Assembly: GCF_009914755.1 (NCBI RefSeq)
Contig: NC_060930.1
DNA length: 64,000 nt
Source of the DNA: the human T2T-CHM13v2.0 reference genome, Homo sapiens
Strand: one strand, 5' to 3'
This document shows positions 1 through 13,509 of the stretch, in pieces. Position 1 is the stretch's first letter, and each line of letters opens with the position of its first letter. Below the pieces are notes generated by a model. That model did no database searches and was not told where the DNA came from. It saw only the letters and a program-made list of their open reading frames with translations. Made by a program: the position numbers and the translations under genes.

Positions 1-137
<137 letters not shown>

Positions 138-170
138 CTAGCTATCTATCTATAGATATAGATATATCTG

Positions 171-285
171 GGATTAGTGGTGACCAGCTTCCAAGATGAC
201 CCTCAATGATCCTGCCTGCCTCTGAGTACCCACACTCTTGTGAAGTTCCCTCCCTCACACACTATGCCAGGGTTAGTCTGTTTGA
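171..285 (+). repeat. MLT1-type LTR fragment that is an inverted copy of 8234-8348
   Basis: 105/115 identical, no indels, to the reverse complement of 8234-8348. Confidence 0.9.
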
Positions 286-334
286 CTAACCCTGGTTAGT
301 CAAAAACAAAAACAAGGAAATAAAAAAACCCAAA

Positions 335-815
335 CTCTTCAGTATGCCCTTCAAGGCTCCATGTGACCTTGTCGTGTCTACCTCTTCTGCCTCATCTGAA
401 CCTTAGCTCTTTCCACACCCTTCTCATTCTGCTACAGTCATCTAGTCCTTACTGTTCTATGAGCAGCTCATTTGCTAAGCACATTTCTTCTCCAAGGAGT
501 GGCTCCATTTCTCGAGCGATTCCCATTTCCACTGGCTGGTTTATCATTATCATATAAGCTCCATGTCTAACTCAAGTGTTACCACTTCAAATGGGTTTTC
601 ACCATCCTAGCTAAAATAGCAGCCACTGTCTCTCTTGCTCTGTTTTATATCTTCGTGGCAATATTGCCAACTGAAATTTTATTATTATTATTTTAAAATA
701 TTATTTATTTCTTACTAGAAGGTTAGTTCTGTAATGACCAACTTTTCCTGTCGTGTTCACTATTGTTTTCCAAGCACATAATCGATACCCATTAAATATC
801 TGTCAAATGAATACG
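335..815 (+). mobile_element. L2 3' fragment
   Basis: L2-like text ending ...cccattaaatatctgtcaaatgaat. Confidence 0.65.
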
Positions 816-889
816 TAATTTTTAATGGGGATGATGAATAAAATATTATTTTTTGAGGAGGGAATAAAAGAAAATAAGTATATCTATAA

Positions 890-928
890 ATACTACACTT
901 GATCTTAGCCAAAAGGCCGAGAAGCGAT
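890..928 (-). pseudogene. 3'-truncated U2 snRNA pseudogene (U2 nt 1-39)
   Basis: Reverse complement is ATCGCTTCTCGGCCTTTTGGCTAAGATCAAGTGTAGTAT; 19-bp direct repeats at 876-894 and 929-947 (1 mismatch). Confidence 0.95.
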
Positions 929-1601
929 ACGTATATCTATAAATACTTAAAAAGTATGAAGTACTACAATATTAATATTCTTAGATATATAACTAAAAGG
1001 GTTGGATGGTAAACAAAGTACTTGGACATGTTTCTGGTAAGTTTCTCTATGAGCTGGGACATAAGTTTTACATTTAATCCTATTTTCTATGTTAAAGGAG
1101 GATAAGTGAGTTTTACCCATTGAACAAATAGACCCACTACTCATATTTCACAATTAGCTGCTTTATGCATATTTGACCAACGTTGCACTTTAAGCAATTA
1201 CAGATAACACTTAGTCCTGGACTTACAGATGGTTTGACTTATGGATGGGGAACGCAGTAGAATATTGTGTTCCCAATAATGCTGCCTATTTACAAAAGCA
1301 GAGTTGCCATCCTTTTCATTAGTTAAAAGTGAATAGTTTTTACTAATTAAATTAATATTTAATATTTAATTTGTGTCAATTAAATATGCACAAATTCTGC
1401 ACAACCCTCAGCCCCCTTTTGCAGATTCTGATATGACAGTTGAGTATTATTATATGAGTAATGATAACTGTCAGGGCCAATGTTGGAAGCAACCATGTGA
1501 CCTACTAATACAATATTTATCCTCTGTCCCTTTGATTTTCTGTTTAGTAGGCTCTCCAAATTATCACTCATTATGTATCCCAAAGCAGAAATCAGTGTAG
1601 G

Positions 1602-1792
1602 TAGCATTACTAAACTTAGCAAATAAAAATATGGGATGCCAAGTTAAATGTGAATTTCAGAAAAATGAGTGCTTTTCTGGTATAAGTATGTCCTATGCAT
1701 AAGTATGTAGGGGTACCGTTTTGCTAAAAATTATTTATTGTATATTTGAAATTTATATTTAGCTGGATATCATGTATTTTATCTGGTAAACA
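1602..1792. mobile_element. MER53-like palindromic hAT MITE
   Basis: ttagcaaataaaaatatgggatgccaagttaaatgtgaatttcag ... tatttgaaatttatatttagctggatatcatgtattttatctggtaaac. Confidence 0.8.
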
Positions 1793-2155
1793 TATATATA
1801 GGATATAGCCAGTGACATAATTCCTGATGCCATCACTGGTCCTTTGGCTCAGACCACAGTATTTCTAATATCAGCGGAGCACAGCTAGATTGTTCAACTG
1901 TTGCATCTGTTAAGGTGGTTAGAAGATGGTATTTCATGGAACAAGAATATTTACTATGCCTTCCTTTATCTAAGTGCCTTTAATATGTTTCCTTTTATTT
2001 GAATAACTTTGAGTGAGAAATAGACATAAAGGAGAGTTTTCCTATGATGCTTGACTAACTCTGAATACTTCCTGGCACTTGTAAGATAAACTTGGTCATG
2101 ATAAATTAAGTGATCAGTTATTGCTCCCAAGGTTTCTGTCATCTGGGTTTAGGGT

Positions 2156-2321
2156 CAGAGGTGGATTTTCTGTGAAGTTAGGAAAACTATAGCTTTAGGG
2201 CCGTCACTCGCATAGGTCACTTCCATGGCCCCGTGCCTAATTTTGTATTCTTTTTCTTAAATACAAAAAAAAGAGACCTCCCAAACTCTATAAGTGCCAT
2301 GAAAACCTGCATTCTATCCCC
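2156..2321 (+). mobile_element. MER45A-like hAT-Tip100 MITE
   Basis: cagaggtggattttctgtgaag...cctaattttgtattctttttcttaaa...aaaacctgcattctatcccct. Confidence 0.7.
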
Positions 2322-2859
2322 TCATCCCCCACCCATGTCTAGGGATAAACAGTCTAGCATGCTAGCTCTAGATAATTGCTGCTTTGGATAATTTCCAGAT
2401 AAAATGCCCAAATTGACAAGACAAATGTTTTACATGTAAACAAGTTGCACTTACTTATCTCAGGCCCCCAACAACCTGATTCATTTCAGCTATTGGCTTT
2501 TTCTTTTCTCTATGGTCACAGTTATCACAGTATGCTCTCAGGAACATGGGGGCAGAGCTTCAACGTTAAACAGGTCTTTCTGTTTTCCTTTCCACTGGGA
2601 GATACCTAGTTCAATGTTCCTGTAACCAGTTGTAATATATGCCAATCTCAAAGTTAAATTCTGGCTCTTTAGGAGGGAGCTTTCATCTGAAGACCTGGGA
2701 TCTTCAGATTATCACTGCGTTGTCACTTCCCCTAATTTAACAGCTGCTTGTTTTGCTTTACTCCAGTCCTCAACCCCCAGATGAGGTAGTAGAGATCCCC
2801 TACTGTTTCGTGGAACACCAGCAACACGGACACAAAGGCAAACTCCAGCTTTCCTCACA

Positions 2860-4240
2860 CCTCTTAAAGAGCATCTTGAACCCTACAAGTCTAGATGGCC
2901 CTGGCCTATTCCCTGGGGGATATTTTTTCCCCATAGGTAGGGCTGGTGAGATATTATGTTGGAGTCACCCGGGGCCTATTCTTGTACCTCTTCTGTCTTT
3001 CTTTGGGTACTTTCATTCACTTGGTAATCCCATCTTTTGTCATGGCTCTAAAAACCATCCAAATGTTGACAGCTCCCTAGTTTATATCTGGGAAATAATA
3101 GGAGGGTTTAGAGTAAAGAAGTGACCCGATACATGCGTGATTAACACATGCTTAAAGGATCAGCCCCGAATTATCCCTTGACTCAAAACTTATTCAACTG
3201 TCTATCTGGGTGTCCTTTAGGCATCTCAGACATACTGTGATCACAGCTGAGCTCCTGATCTTGCCTCCAAATACGGTCTTTCTGCAGTTTTCCGTATCTC
3301 GATAAATGACAACTTCATCTTCCCAGTGTTTCAGGCCAAAAATCTTGGAGTCATTTCTGACTCCTCTGTTATTCTCACGTTAGCTGTTCAAACCACCTAA
3401 ATAACAGTCTACCTACTAAATACCCTTTGTCTCTACCTTCAGAATATATCCAGAATCTGATCCCTTCTCAGTATCTTCACAGCAAACACCTGGCCCAGGC
3501 CACCCCATCTCCTACGTGGCCTTGTAATTGCCTCCTAACTAGTCTCCCTGCTTCTGTTTTCAGCCAACTTTAGTCTGTACTCAATGTAGCAGTCAAAGCA
3601 GTCTTTTCAATACATAAGTCAGAGCATGTTAGTTATCCTCTGCTCAAAAGCCTCCAAGAGCTTCCCACATTAATAGGAATAAAAGCCCAAGTCCTATAAT
3701 GGCCTGCAAGGTGGTATCTGATCAGACCCTCTGCAACGACTATTGTCCTTGTCTCCTAAAATTTTATCCACCACCCACTCCCCTCCAGCCTTGCTGACCT
3801 TGCTGTTTTTCACAGAAGCCAAACATTTCCCCACTTAGTGCCTTTCCATTGGCTGTTCCATCTGCCTGGATTGCTCTTCCTTCAGGTGTGTCTATCTGTG
3901 TGTGTGTGTGTATGTGCATGTGTGTGTGTATACATGCTTACATGCTTCCTTACCTCCTTCAAGTACTTTCTCAAATGTTACCTTCTCAATGATCACCCCA
4001 TTTAAAATCGAAACCCCCCCTCCACAATTGTTAATCCTTGTTTTGATTTTTCTCCATAGCATTCATTACTTCTAAGATAGGTTTTTAAAAATTTTTTATT
4101 CTGTCTCTTCCAATTAAATATAAGCTCCATGAAATCGGGTTTTTATCTGCTTTCGTTCCTGCTCTATCATTCCTAGCACTCAGAATAGTGCCTGTCACAA
4201 GAAATGGAGGGCACTCAACATATATCCATTGAATGCATAA
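2860..4240 (+). mobile_element. L2a long 3' fragment with an internal (TG)n near 3895-3930
   Basis: caggccaaaaatcttggagtcatttctgactcctct, ccagaatctga, 3' end agaatagtgcctgtcaca...cactcaacatatat. Confidence 0.85.
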
Positions 4241-4343
4241 AACAGGATAAGAAAGTCTTAAACATTTGCTTAATGTGTCTTCATCAATCCTTAAAGGTTC
4301 AAAAGCACTCAACCCTCTTTCTCTTCTTTGGACTTCCCCTTAT

Positions 4344-4344
<1 letters not shown>

Positions 4345-4392
<48 letters not shown>
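4345..4392. repeat. (GT)n microsatellite
   Basis: Perfect GT run of about 24 units. Confidence 0.98.
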
Positions 4393-4396
<4 letters not shown>

Positions 4397-5069
4397 CAGC
4401 TAAAACCTAATATCCTTGAGTCACACCATTAAGAGAGTTGCAGCTAGCTCTTCAGAAATCTTGTATCTACTGAACTCCAAGAACATCATTTATTCAGTAC
4501 CCAAGGATGGGACATAGCCAATGATGATGATGGGAACATTTTCAGGAACTGTGCTCACTCACATAGATTTTTGTTCATGGAATAAGTTTCTGAAGGTCTG
4601 TTTATCAGGGTAAAACTTCAGTCCTGTATCAACTAACAATCCCATACAGAAGGGTCACTGTTTATATTTCTCCAAAGCCTGGTCAAAAGTAACTTTGACT
4701 AATTTGATTAAATTGATTGATAAAGTAAATCATATCACCAAAACACTTCTCATTCCAATGCTTGATAGTTATGGAATTTGCTGAGACCACCCACTGAATA
4801 CCCGTTCAAATGAATGGAATCTCACAGAGCACACATAATCATCTCTGACTTTTGTAGCCATAGGGATACATTAATACCTGTGCCTCATACTTAACTGAAA
4901 ATCACCAGTTGTCTGCTGAGTAGTTTACTGCATGTCAAATCTGAGGTCCAGTGTAATAGACTGTTTTACCACTTCTATTCAGAATTTTCTAATTCATAGA
5001 CATTCTAATTTTATTTGTCTTTTTCTCTCAAATACCATGATAGGGTGAAAGTTTGAGCTTTTGTATCTT

Positions 5070-7180
5070 AATGTTTATTGAATATTAAGATACATAGAGA
5101 ATACTCTACTATACATAAATGCATACCATTCAATGAATTGTCCTTGGATGAACATTGCTGTAAAACTATTCAAGTTAAAAAATAATATTTCCAGTATCCA
5201 GAAGTCTTCTGATGTCTCCTCCCCATCACTACTCCCTTCTTCCTCCCCAATGTAACTGTTACGCTCATTCTAACACTGGAGTTCAGTTGTGTCTCTTTTC
5301 CAACTTTCTATAAATGAAATCATCTGTATAAATCTTGCATCTGGCTTCTTTTGCTCCATATTATGTTTGTGAAATTCATCTATATTATTGAATATAATAA
5401 CTGTGGTTCATTCAGTATTACTGCTTCATAGTATTCCACTTTATGAATTTATCACAATATATTGTTTCTAGTTTTTCATTTTTATAAATCATGTTGCTCT
5501 GGGCATTCTTGGAAATATTTTTGGTTACCATGATCCCCTTTCTGTTGAATATACACTTTGGAGTGCAATATCTGTGTCATAGGTATGTACATGTTCAACT
5601 TTAGTAGATAATGTAAGCAGTTTTCCTAAATCATTGTCCCAATTTAACTCCCACCAGCAATATAAGAGACATCCTATTGCTACATATCCATGTCAGCAGT
5701 TAGGATTATCTCTCTTCTTTATTTTAGTTATTCTCCTTGGTAAATAGTAGTAGTATCTCATTGAGGTTTTAATTTGCATTTCTCTGACTACAAATAAGAT
5801 TGAAAATATGCAGATATCCTTTTCCTGAAGTGTCCACTCAAGTATTTCCTTCTTTTTTCTATTGCATTATTTATCTAGTTATAGTTAATTTGTAAAAGTT
5901 TAAAAATTATTTATCTGGATGCAAGTCTTTTGTTAGTTATGTGTGTTGCAAATATCTTTTCTCACTCTGTGGCTTGTTTTTATAGTCTCTAAATGGTGTT
6001 TCTGTTGAAAAGAAGTTTTTAATTTTAAAACATCCAATGTATCCATCTTTTCTTATGAACAGTCATTTTTGGTCCCAATTTATCAAATCCTTACCTATCC
6101 TAAAGTCTTGAAGGTATTATCTGAGTTATAGTCTTAGATTATCTTCTAATTGATTTATTATTTTCTCTTTCACACTTTTCACAGTTAAATCTACAATCAC
6201 CCAGAATGGATTTTCATGTGTGGTGGGTGGTAAGGGTCATTTCTTTTTTAAATCGTCAACTTTTTAAAAAAATTATTTTTATACTTTAAGTTCTGGGATA
6301 TATGTGTAGAACATACAGGTTTGTTACATAGGTATACAAGTGCCACGGTGGTTTGCTGCACCCATCAACCCATCATCTACATTAGGTATTTCTCCTAATG
6401 CTATCCCTCCCCTAGCCCCTCTCCCCCTGGCAGGCCCCAGTGTGTGATGTTCCCCTCCTTGTGTCATGTGTTCTCATTGTTCAACTCCCACTTATGAGTG
6501 AGAACGTGCAGTGTTTGGCTTTCTGTTCCTGTATTAGTTTGCTAAGAATGATGGTTTCCAGCTTCATCCACGTCCCTGCAAAGGACACGAACTCATCCTT
6601 TGTTGTGGCTGCATAGTATTCCATGTTGTATATGTGCCACATTTTCTTTATCCAGTCTATCACTGATGGGCACTTGGGTTGGTTCCAAGTCTTTGCTATT
6701 GTGAACAGTGCTGCAATAAACATACATGTGCATGTGTCTTGAATTGAACCAGCATCATTTGTTGAAAAGACTATATTCTGTGTGGATTTCAATTTGAAAA
6801 TTTTATATAATAAATATTGTATCTATATTTATAACTATGATTTCTCTTTATGTTTGTAAGGCTTAGCAATTAGGATATGCTATCAATTTATCATTTTAAG
6901 GCTGATTTTGTCTTTTTTTAAATGTCAAAGTATTTATTTTACCTCAATTGTTGGAAGAACTCATTGGTTGGAGCAGCTAAACCTAGATCTTTGTGGAGAG
7001 ATAATGGAAAAAATCTGTAATAGGTGTTTGATTTTCTACTTAAATCTATTCACTGATTACTAATTTGCTCAGTTTATTTTCTGGAGTCAATTTTTAGTCA
7101 TTTATATTTCTCCAGAAAATTATACATTTAAAGGCATGTTTTATTTTTACTACTATAAAGCTACATTCAATATTCTGTTA
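5070..7180 (-). mobile_element. Old L1M fragments (3' region), interrupted by an L1PA
   Basis: ctcccaccagcaatataagaga, gttgcaaatatcttttctcactctgtggcttg, ccagcatcatttgttgaaaagac. Confidence 0.75.
6270..6740 (-). mobile_element. 5'-truncated L1PA 3' end (L1PA7/8-like)
   Basis: atactttaagttctggg...; ORF 6481-6792 is the ORF2 C-terminus (MFIAALFTIAKTWNQPKCPS). Confidence 0.95.
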
Positions 7181-7536
7181 AATGTGTAAACAATTCTTGT
7201 AAATACTGTTTTTCATTTGTAGTTTTGGTATGATTTTTGTTTTCCTATTGTTACGGTCTGTATATTTTATAAAATGAATGTCTTTGATTCTGTTATCTAT
7301 TGCTGTGAAACAAATTACTCCAACACTTAGTGGCTTAAAAGAACAAACATTTAGTATCTCATGCAATTTCTGAGGCAAGGAAATCTAGGGGCAGCTTGGC
7401 TGGTTCAACATCTCTCACAAAGTCACAGTCAAGCTTTTCTTCCTGGGCTGCCATTGTCTCAAGGCTTGGCTGGGGCTGGAGAATCCACTGTTAAGCTCAC
7501 TCACTTGGATACCGACAGAGCTCAATTCCTTGCTAG

Positions 7537-7993
<457 letters not shown>

Positions 7994-8450
7994 TGGAGGC
8001 TCCATTTTTTTTTTTTACCGTGCAGTCCTCTCCATAGAACTGTTCACAATATAGCAACTTGTTTTTCACTCCTTTCCCCTTCTCACTCCTCTTTTCCAGC
8101 AATAGATCAGAGAGAGAGAGAGCGACAAAGACACAAAGAGACAGAGAGAACAAGAGAGCTCAACGTGGAAATTATACTCTTTCAAAGTCTAATCTTAGAA
8201 ATGACTTACCATCACTTCCACATCTGCTATTGTTCAAACAGACTAACCCTGGTATAGTGCGTGTGGGAGGAGACTTCACAAGAGTGTGGGTACTCGGAGG
8301 CAGGCAGGGTCATTGAGGGTCATCTCGGAGGCTGGTCACCACTGATCCTGGTTATATACATATTTTATATATATATTATATATATTTTATATATTATATG
8401 TATTACATATATTTTGTATATATAATTTATATGTAATATAATATATATAA

Positions 8451-8804
<354 letters not shown>

Positions 8805-8905
8805 TGATATTAATATTATTTTCTACTTTTGATTTGTGTATTTACATATATATGTTTACATGATTTTTATCTTTATATTTTTAAACTTTTAAAATGTCAC
8901 TATTT

Positions 8906-9235
8906 GGCTGGGTGTGGTGTCTCAGGCCTGTAATCCCAGCACTTTGAGAGGCCAAGGCAGGTGGATCACTTGAGGTCAGGAGTTCGAGACCAAACTGGCC
9001 AACATGGCAAAACCCCGTCTCTACTAAAAATGCAAAAAAAAAAAAAAAAAAAAAAAACAATTAGCCGGGCATCGTGGCACATGCCTGTAATCCCAGCTAC
9101 TTGGGAGGCGGAGGCAGGAGAATCTCTTTAACCCAGGAAGCGGAGGTTGTGGTGAGCCAAGATCACATCACCACACTCCAGCCTGGGCAACAGAGTGAGT
9201 CTCCATCTCAAAAAAAATAATATATATATATATTT
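8906..9235 (+). mobile_element. AluS with expanded middle A-tract (about A24)
   Basis: ggctgggtgtggtg...ctactaaaaatgc(A)n...ccatctcaaaaaaaa. Confidence 0.96.
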
Positions 9236-10489
9236 TTAATTAAAACGCCACTCTATTTTAGCAAAACATGGGTTTTGTTCATTGAATCTGAAAGTCTTCA
9301 GTTTTCCATAGAAGAACCGAAAACATTTAAATGTACTGTCCTGATACTTGGCCTTACTTCTTATTCCTCTTATTTTCAAAAACATTGTTGAATTATATTT
9401 GTGTCTTTATTAAGATGATGTCCAAACAGGAGTTTAAAATTTCTTCTGTATAATCATGGAACATTCTCTGAACTAGCACATTGTAGACACTCAATAAGTA
9501 TTTGTTGAATCAGTGATACAGATAGATGGATGGTTGGTTGAAAGAGGAATGACGCCGCTTTGCTAGGGGAGGTGAGTGTAGGACTCCCTCCCTCAAAGTA
9601 GTCTGTTAAACAGGGAAGTGGCTGCTTGGTTATCTGAACAAGTATTCACTCCACATTTTGAGCTAGACATAATCATTGAAAGAGAGCTAGAATGCCTTCC
9701 TATTGACTTCCTGGCCTGCTGGGAATTTTTGCTTCCTTCTCCCCCAGCCATCCAATTTTTCAAGAAAAATTTTCTGTTTGCCAGCTTATTTCCCCAACTC
9801 CCCTACTCTTTTGTCTTTCCTACCCTCTAAAGAGAGTCTAGGTCTCACAGGTGATCTTTTGTAGCTCTGTGATGCCTAATAATAGAACAGAAAAGGAGAT
9901 GGGGAAGAACTGACAGAAAGACTAAAGAAAGGAATTAACTAGCGAGTTTAAGTGGAGCTGCCTAAGGATGCAATGCAGGAAAAAAAAAACACACACACAC
10001 ACAAAATGGATGGGGACTACATGCTGAAGGGACTGAAGTCAAGAGGGAGAATTTGGGCTGCGAGTCGCCAATGAGAGATTCCAAAAGGAATAGAAAGTGC
10101 TGAGAAGACAAAAGCACATGTAGCCTGATAAGGGCATGGTGACCAGGAGCTCAGGTCCCTCAGAAATGAGTGTCTAGTTCATGCCATCAGGTAAGCTACT
10201 AAGACTAGCAGAGCTGCAGCCTGATATAGGAGGAATCCAGACGGATAATGGAGGAAGGAGATGATGAGTATCAGTTGCAGCCCTGGGACTGGTGCAGAAG
10301 CAGGGGTGGAGTTCCTCCTATTAACTTCCCCTATTGTAGATTTCACTGGGAAGAGATGCCTCTTGGTACAGTGGAGGAACTGCTCCTTGAACGTATTCAA
10401 GTGGCACATTTGGCTCCTTGAAGTGGATCCAAGTGGCACATGGGATAGATGGTGGTAGAAACAGAGAAGTGCATCTCAGAAGGACATGT

Positions 10490-10910
10490 TGTCCTTCTGC
10501 CAGTTATAGTTCTGCCAGTAGATAGCCTCTAGGGCTCAGCCCCTTCAGGGATTCTTTTAGCTGCAGAGGTGCAGGTTAAACAGGTTGCCTTAAGGTGGCC
10601 CTTAACAAGTGGCCTTAAACAGGTGGCCTGAAAAAGGTGGCCTTAGCTAAGGCCACCACCCCCATCCCCTCAAAGGTTGGCATGCAGTGACTGATGGAGG
10701 GCCATGTTCACCCTAAGTGAGGCAACTCCAGCAGGCACCTACAGCTTCCTGTGGAGTTGGCTAAGGCAATCAGGTCTGCATCACAACCTGACTTCTCCCT
10801 CTGCTCAATTGTTTTCCCCTTCTTTTCACAGCTGTTGGTCCCAAGGGATACCCTAGAAATATACTAAATGCTAAACATTGTCTCAGGTCTGCTGTTGGAT
10901 AACTCAACCC
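10490..10910 (+). mobile_element. LTR16-like ERVL LTR
   Basis: gcagtgactgatggagg...ggtctgcatcacaacctgacttctccctctgctcaatt...tctcaggtctgct. Confidence 0.7.
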
Positions 10911-11079
10911 ATGGCAGTGCTCTGTAAGACTACGGAGATTTTGTGGGATTAAAACTAGTAGAGAGTATGAAAGCCTTTTTTTTTTTTTTTTTGGCAGATG
11001 CAGTATTCTGAGAAATGGATTAACATGATTTAAAATGGTGGCCAAGAAATATGATTCTTCTTGTTTCATTGGAAGGCCT

Positions 11080-11415
11080 GGAAGTGTAAGAGGCTAAAAT
11101 ATAAAACAGACTGGGAATTTGTTTCAGGAGTCTAAGAATAAAATCCACAGGCTAAAAGAGGGTTGCAGTTGGAGGGAAAAAATGTACTTGCTATTTTTCA
11201 AAAAAGAGTTGGAAAGATTTGGTGTCAACCTGGATGTGAGGATGAAGACAAGCCAGCTAGAATAAATATTGATTCCAAGATTGAGGGCAGAGGTTTCTGG
11301 GAGTGTCACTGATGGGAACAGACAAAATGGAAAAAGACTTAATGAAGAAGATAATATCCTCAAGTTTTGACATCTCTAATTTAAAATGTCAACAAGCTAT
11401 TTAAGAGGAAGTTTC
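11080..11415 (-). mobile_element. L2 fragment
   Basis: Purine-rich antisense L2 text (aagttttgacatctctaatttaaaatgtc). Confidence 0.5.
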
Positions 11416-11424
11416 TTTGTGTTG

Positions 11425-11620
11425 GGAGCCACCTTAGTTGTCCAGCCATATTAAGGGGCTGCAATACAGTCATGAAGGCTATAACCAGCACTATGGTATC
11501 ATGCCCAGTCTAAAATGAGGCTGAGCTCTGACCAATGTGGGGGCTGCATGTGCCAGGAAGAAGGGGTGCCTTTTCTGACTGGCACAAAGAGGTTGTGTGA
11601 GCTGGTAGGGGGCCTGGCCA
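11425..11620 (+). mobile_element. MER91-like hAT-Tip100 element
   Basis: ggggtgccttttctgactggcacaaagaggttgtgtgagctggtagggggcctgg end. Confidence 0.55.
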
Positions 11621-11649
11621 TTGCCTCAAAATCAGTGAGAGAGACAATG

Positions 11650-11795
11650 TGATGTCTGGTGAAATGCACAAATTTGGTTTAGATTAGAGATGGAAAGTTA
11701 GTGAAGGAGAAAAGGCTTTAGTAAGTTAGATTTCTTTAGGGTGGGAGAATAGGCAAGTCACTTAAACCTTCTGAATCTCCTTTTCCTTATTTGTG
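11650..11795 (+). mobile_element. MIR fragment
   Basis: ggcaagtcacttaaaccttctgaatctccttttccttatttgt core. Confidence 0.6.
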
Positions 11796-12343
11796 TGGCA
11801 GGATGCTTTTCTTTTCTCCACTCCCTCACAGCTTCCTCGTACCAAGATATGATAGCTGAATGAGATATTTGGCAAGGCAGAGAAAAGAGATGGAGACGCT
11901 TAGCCTAATTAATGTGCTACACTTATGCCAAGAAGGGATTCTATGCTTACCTAGCAGATAATTTACCCTGAAACTGGACTAGGCAGGTCACCTTTTTCTT
12001 CATTTTATTCTTGCATATGCAAGATCTAATTATCCAGACGTATCCACAGAGAGAGGAACCAGATGAAATGAGGAAAGCACGGTTCACCTTCAAGAGAAAG
12101 AAGTAGGACTCTGGGGTTTTAAGCCGAGGCATGAAATGTACCGATTAATAGCGTCATTTTGGAAACACAGGTCTCAGGAGTTTTGGGAAGGTTAGTATGA
12201 GCTTGTCAGCATTGCTTATGAATAACAGTGAGATTGCTGCTTTGCACCTGATCTCAGTCAGACCTCAGAGGCTCAGCCACTGGGGCTGGTTATGCAGCAG
12301 GAATATATCCATGCGACCAGCAGGGTGTAAGAAGTCCAGGCCA

Positions 12344-12654
12344 GGACGGGCGCAGTGGCTCATGCCTGTAATCCCAGCACTTTGGGAGACCAAGGTGGGT
12401 GGATCACAAAGTCAAGAGATCGAGACCATCCTGGCCAACATGGTGAAATCCCGTCTCTACTAAAAATACAAAACTTAGCTGGGCCTGGGGGCGCGCGCCT
12501 GTAGTCCCAGCTACTCAGGAGGCTGAGGCAGGAGAATCACTTGAATCCAGGAGGCAGAGGTTGCAAGTGAGCCAAGATTGTGCCACTGCACTCCAGCCCA
12601 GGTGAGAGAGCAAGAATCCGTCTCAAAAAAAAAAAAAAAAAAGAAAAAAGAAAA
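12344..12654 (+). mobile_element. AluSc-like with TSD aagtccaggcca (12332-12343 and 12655-12666)
   Basis: Full dimer, polyA, perfect TSD. Confidence 0.97.
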
Positions 12655-13364
12655 AAGTCCAGGCCAGACTCCATCTCAGGCTCACTGGTTCCAATGTGTT
12701 CCATCCATACCTCAGTGGCTCTTGATTTAGGGAAAAAAGCACATCCTGCTATTTAATTTGCAAAAATTAAATAACTACTTGATGTGTCTTTTGTGCAGAT
12801 AATACCCACAAAATATTAGTTTTTGCCCTTTTTCCCTTATAATTTTAACATACTTATTTTCTTTACTTGTCTCATGTTTTCTTTCAGAGATTCTAACTCT
12901 CTTTGCTAAATGGATATAGGAATAAATACTCTTAAAATACATTTTTTATTGTATTGATGTGGAAAATGTAGAAAAGCACAAAGGGATTTTTTTAAAACTC
13001 TGCAATATCATCCACCAGTCATAATCATTATTAAGATGTTTTCACAGATATTCCCAGCTTTTATTCTATAAATAAGACTCTCATGATTCACTTATCCCTC
13101 ACTTGTCTAACTATTTTATACTTTTTGACGCACTAAGATTCTAAAATGAACCATAAAAGCTGGCACATATTTATAGTAATCAGTTTTCTTATTTAAGAGG
13201 ATGAGATAGATGAGTGTAAATAATCTTGCTATACACAAAATTGTTTCTGCTACTCTGAAGACAAGGTGTTCTTACATCTCGGTCTTTGAGCATATATGTA
13301 ATAAAGTTTTGTGTAAGGTTGCAGACTTTGTCTTTAATACAAAGGAAAACAACAGGTACAGCCT

Positions 13365-13495
13365 TCATATAAATTATCTCATTTAATCCATACCGTGATT
13401 TTATGAGATTGGTATTGTTACCTTCATGTTACTGATGAGGGACCTGAGCCAGGAGAGGCAAAATATCTCAGTCAAAGTAGCCCAGCTGCTAAATG
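13365..13495 (-). mobile_element. MIR fragment
   Basis: tatctcatttaatccatacc...tgttactgatgagggacctgagcc. Confidence 0.7.
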
Positions 13496-13509
13496 ATTCT
13501 GCCTTTGAA

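Noticed and set aside
10382-10441. Degenerate tandem duplication of about 30 bp (gctccttgaa...caagtggcacat)
   Set aside because: Ordinary old slippage duplication with no further structure
10569-10645. Repeat array as a CRISPR-like structure
   Set aside because: Units are about 13 bp, degenerate, without unique spacers, in mammalian DNA; reported instead as a repair scar
11946-12132. Consensus minus-strand donor (TAG|gtaagc) closing a 61-aa ORF
   Set aside because: No convincing acceptor or recognisable protein; isolated donors are common
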